From positions 1 to 64,000 of the IMG/VR virus record IMGVR_UViG_3300047157_000068: a DNA stretch of 64,000 nucleotides; one strand, 5' to 3'. A program made the position numbers and the translations under genes. Positions within the stretch are counted from its first letter, which is position 1; every line of letters starts with the position of its first letter. The notes beneath the pieces were generated by a model. The model searched no databases, was not told the origin of the DNA, and saw nothing but the letters and a program-made list of their open reading frames with translations. Source of the DNA: a virus. Of the stretch, positions 60,826 through 64,000 are shown piece after piece.

Positions 60826-61216
60826 TCCTACCGTATGGATGGAGGTAAATAACGGAGTGAATATCTCTATTAGTTATATCTTTTTAACCCGTGGCAACGG
60901 GAGTGCTGGGTGTCACTTTGTACACCAAGAGGAATAGTTTGTCAGCTTAACCTCGTATACGTTAGGGCCAATGTGCCTGTAAGGTTTGACAACCTGAAAC
61001 CGTGTATTTGACTTGTCTGTTGAATATGTAACAGTCATCGTCAACCGGGTAAACGGTCGTTAAGAGGTAATCAGGCTCTTTATTTTTAACTACACTGATT
61101 GATGACACTAGAGATCAGTATAAATGTATGTGTCAAAAACTTAGAGCAATGAGTCACGCAATACCACTGACTATTCTGTAATAGTGTCAGCCAATAATGG
61201 ATAAGCACTCTAAGTT
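60826..61216 (+). ncRNA. Putative structured non-coding RNA(s), class unknown
   Basis: ORF-free, locally GC-richer, many nested helices. Strand inferred from flanking genes. Confidence 0.45.
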
Positions 61217-61243
61217 ATTTTTAATCACTAATACTAAATCGTT

Positions 61244-61423
61244 ATGAAAAAGAAATTTTGTTACCTTATGCTACTCCTATTCATAGGAGGACCAATACTT
61301 CAATCATGTGGATCATCTCGTGGTTGTAAGAAAATGAGAAAATACCGTAAGAAAAGAAGTAAAACTTCATATGCATATCAAAATGCATTAATCATTAATC
61401 AATTAAATACTAAACTATCATGA
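61244..61423 (+). CDS. Small basic lipoprotein, 59 aa
   Basis: MKKKFCYLMLLLFIGGPILQS-C lipobox; ATGA overlap with the next gene. Confidence 0.7.
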   Translation: MKKKFCYLMLLLFIGGPILQSCGSSRGCKKMRKYRKKRSKTSYAYQNALIINQLNTKLS

Positions 61424-61881
61424 AAAATTTAATCTTATCCTTATTTATTGGGCTATCATTTGCTTCTTGTCAGAAAGAAGAACTTGAAATAGTTCAACCA
61501 ATGCCACCAAGTAATACATCGTATGAAATATATGCTATGTCAAGTACTGGTGCAGGTGCATCTTTACTATGGACATACTTTATGTATGAGTCTATTGATA
61601 GTAATGGAGTAACCGCAGCTGATAAACTCGTAGCTAACTATAATGCTTGGCAACTTGTTTGTACTGAATGTGACAATGAGGATGAGTATTATATTTATTC
61701 TATGGACACAAGTCTAGTTAGTAATCCTGACGCAGTTGTAATAAGCTCGTTTAATTACGTAGACTTTGCAACAGTATATTTTAATAATGCTAACTCGCCT
61801 GTTGGTGATGGTAGATTTTATCTCTATCCTCATGACATGTTAGATAGCTACAACAATCTAGATCAAGTAACCTTATATTAA
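61420..61881 (+). CDS. Lipoprotein (likely surface-exposed)
   Basis: MKNLILSLFIGLSFAS-CQKEE signal peptide II followed by a K/E-rich export-like motif. Confidence 0.8.
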   Translation: MKNLILSLFIGLSFASCQKEELEIVQPMPPSNTSYEIYAMSSTGAGASLLWTYFMYESIDSNGVTAADKLVANYNAWQLVCTECDNEDEYYIYSMDTSLVSNPDAVVISSFNYVDFATVYFNNANSPVGDGRFYLYPHDMLDSYNNLDQVTLY

Positions 61882-61900
61882 TCAAATCAATAAAACTATC

Positions 61901-62215
61901 ATGAAACAAATTTCAAAGTATCTAATCAAATTACTTTATGTAATTATCATTCCACTAGCTGTAACCTATGTATTCATAGAAATATTAGCTAGTGATGGCA
62001 CAGTATCAACAGAGAGCTTAGCTCTTATCATGGCATTTTGGGTTATAACATTCTTTAATGCAGTTTTCTGGCTTATAAACATGAAAACAACTCATCTTTT
62101 ACCTAAAATGAAATGTCAGTGGAGAACTGGCTTTGGTATTTATATGAGAAAGGTCAACTTCCACTGGGAGTTAGATTTACCACTATTCACTATAATCTTC
62201 CAAAGAAGAAAATAA
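61901..62215 (+). CDS. Two-TM membrane protein
   Basis: Two hydrophobic helices. Confidence 0.75.
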   Translation: MKQISKYLIKLLYVIIIPLAVTYVFIEILASDGTVSTESLALIMAFWVITFFNAVFWLINMKTTHLLPKMKCQWRTGFGIYMRKVNFHWELDLPLFTIIFQRRK

Positions 62216-62306
62216 AAGGCTCACATATGAACCACTAACAACACCAGTAATTATATCTATATATTAATACTAGTGTTGTTGGCTGTGTTCGCAATCAATA
62301 ATTATT

Positions 62307-62860
62307 ATGCAAAAACAATATAACGTTCAGCAAGAGATACTTAAAGGTATCTTACATAAATTATTTGACGGTAAAGCTGTCAATCAAGTAAAGAATCTAA
62401 GTTTAATAACAGATATTATCTTTAGAGACCTTAAAGAGTCAGCTCTAGAAGCTATTACTCATCTTATGTTAACTGAAAAAACATTTATACCAACAAAATT
62501 GGTGATTATGTCAAAGTAATACCACCTAAGTACCATGAAGGTAGTGAATTTGAGGTAGATGTACTTGAAGACATGGGTTTATTGGGTAAAGGAGATGAAT
62601 ACAGTCCATACTATGTCTATGGTCGTGTTAAAGGAGATACATCATGGGGATCTGATCCTTATGATCCATTTCATAGTACAATAAAAGTTGATCTTATGTA
62701 TCATGATGAAAATAAAGTAATTAAACATGTAGAAGGAACATTTAGTCCTTTACATGCTCTTCATGTACAGAAAAGATTTATACCTTTTTTAAAAGACATT
62801 AATCAAACAGAATTAAAATTTCAAGAAAATGGCACAGATATCAATGGAGTTACTGCATAG
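62307..62860 (+). CDS. Hypothetical protein, split by a -1 indel near 62498
   Basis: Adding one A to CCAACAAAATTGGT restores PTKIGDYVKVIPPKYH... into ORF 62573-62860. Confidence 0.65.
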
Positions 62861-63041
62861 TGAGCAAGCATCATGGAGGTTATTAGATAACGCACTCAAA
62901 GATGCTGATGGCAAAAATATATCTTTTGGAAGGTATATGAATGATAAGTATAGTATGAATGATGATGAACTAGCTAAAGAAGAGAGTGAATCAATGGCCA
63001 TGCTTATACTTTTAAAAAGTCATGTCAAAGAAATCAGATAG
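62829..63041 (+). CDS. Hypothetical protein
   Basis: ORF track; overlapping operon. Confidence 0.65.
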   Translation: MAQISMELLHSEQASWRLLDNALKDADGKNISFGRYMNDKYSMNDDELAKEESESMAMLILLKSHVKEIR

Positions 63042-63273
63042 ATTTGGTATAGTTAAGCATGTTGTCTGTACAGATCCTAACTTGTCTATTCAAGCTAAGG
63101 GTCTGTATAGTATTTTATGCTGTTATGCCAATAAAAACAGAATTTGTTGGCCATCAATTAGTACACTTGCAGATGACTCTGGCTCAAGTCAATCATCTGT
63201 TAAAAGATGGATAAAAGAGCTAAAAACACATAAATACATAAAAAGAATAGGTAATAAGTTAACCATATTATGA
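63022..63273 (+). CDS. Stand-alone winged-HTH protein (replication-initiator N-terminal type)
   Basis: LSIQAKGLY...CWPSISTLA...SVKRWIKEL pattern. Confidence 0.8.
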   Translation: MSKKSDRFGIVKHVVCTDPNLSIQAKGLYSILCCYANKNRICWPSISTLADDSGSSQSSVKRWIKELKTHKYIKRIGNKLTIL

Positions 63274-63356
63274 TGCGTTAGCTATATTTATGCTTTTTAT
63301 TTTTGAATTAAGTCCAAATTCATTTTATATTTCTGACACAGGTTAAGTTATATTAT

Positions 63357-63364
63357 TATCTTTG
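63357..63364 (+). promoter_or_regulatory. Bacteroidota -7 element TATCTTTG
   Basis: Exact match 20 nt upstream of the 63384 start. Confidence 0.6.
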
Positions 63365-63383
63365 ATAAACATTAAATAAGATA

Positions 63384-63656
63384 ATGATAATACAACTTCC
63401 TAATGGCAGAATCATAGAATGTTCTTTAGAACAGTACCTCTCACTCTCAGATGAGGAGTACAATGATCTTAATGGCCTTAGTTCAGCATACACAAAGGAA
63501 GTGGTTGATCCATGGTATAATAAGTTTGCAAAAGCAACTGGTAAAGCTGTCTCAGATGAAGCAATAGAGAATATTGAAGAGTATGAGCCTGCACTAGATG
63601 AGATTGAAGCTTATGAAAAACTGGAAGACCCGTATTTTCACTCTGATGATAGTTGA
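63384..63656 (+). CDS. Small acidic protein (MIIQLPNGRII...)
   Basis: ORF track; own promoter. Confidence 0.75.
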   Translation: MIIQLPNGRIIECSLEQYLSLSDEEYNDLNGLSSAYTKEVVDPWYNKFAKATGKAVSDEAIENIEEYEPALDEIEAYEKLEDPYFHSDDS

Positions 63657-63701
63657 TCATCACACACAATTATTTTATTAATCATTTAAATTTTATTAAA
63701 A

Positions 63702-64000
63702 ATGCAAAATCAAGTAGAAGTCCTAGCGGATGACATGGGTAATGTTGTACGCTTAAGCAAAAACAATCCAGAGTATGGATTTATTAGATTAGGTCAAACA
63801 AGATCTATAATTACTAAAGATGGTTGGTTAGCGCCAAAGAATCTTACAACTTTAGTATTAGGTAAAGCAGAAGATTTAACAACTTATGCTAAAACTTTAG
63901 GTAAAACATTACCTGGTAAAATTGTAGTAATAGAATCATTAGAGCCTTTTAACTCTAAAGATCCAGACAGAGATTATAAATATGCAGGTCAAACTGGTAT
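63702..64000 (+). CDS. Partial gene, paralog of 59254-59724
   Basis: MQNQVEVLADDMGNVVRLSKNNPEYGFIRL...GKIVVIESLEPFN...YKYAGQTG; open to the window end. Confidence 0.8.
   Translation, partial: MQNQVEVLADDMGNVVRLSKNNPEYGFIRLGQTRSIITKDGWLAPKNLTTLVLGKAEDLTTYAKTLGKTLPGKIVVIESLEPFNSKDPDRDYKYAGQTG

Noticed and set aside
60826-61216. tRNA, tmRNA or hammerhead ribozyme
   Set aside because: No cloverleaf with a T-loop GTTCRA, no CCA/tmRNA ends, and no intact CUGANGA...GAAA core found by eye.
1-64000. Integrated prophage or host chromosomal DNA
   Set aside because: No integrase, att site or cellular housekeeping genes; the entire window is phage-like.

Overview
The window is ~64 kb of an AT-rich (~30% GC by eye) lytic dsDNA phage genome with crAss-like (Crassvirales-type) gene order. 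The host is very likely Bacteroidota/Flavobacteriia: there are TAnnTTTG promoter boxes, A-rich leaders without Shine-Dalgarno sequences, and Bacteroidota-type lipoproteins. Positions 1-58.7 kb form one leftward late block: small basic proteins, amidase endolysin, HTH/IHF-like proteins, PD-(D/E)xK nuclease, GroES, terminase, portal, scaffold, major capsid protein, ring/auxiliary/hub proteins, tail fibres, a phosphoesterase, the muzzle (with a VWA insert) and five large internal cargo proteins. A palindrome-rich divergent junction at 58.7-59.3 kb (likely the genome-terminus region) is followed by rightward small early genes. Several essential genes (32.1-32.9, 43.2-51.4 and 62.5 kb) are broken by single-base indels that look like sequencing errors. 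The most notable signals are: (i) cargo proteins built from small modules punctuated by a recurring [K/M]-x-x-G-G motif, suggesting a polyprotein-processing or packaging code; (ii) a repeated TTCC/GGAA-loop hairpin plus CTGCTCCCnAACTA element ahead of the first early genes, a candidate virion-RNAP hairpin promoter; (iii) a ~400-nt structured non-coding region; (iv) a cargo protein combining an ART-like domain with several peptidoglycan hydrolases; (v) a phage-specific GTATATT promoter motif. All family assignments come from motif recognition and synteny, not from database searches.
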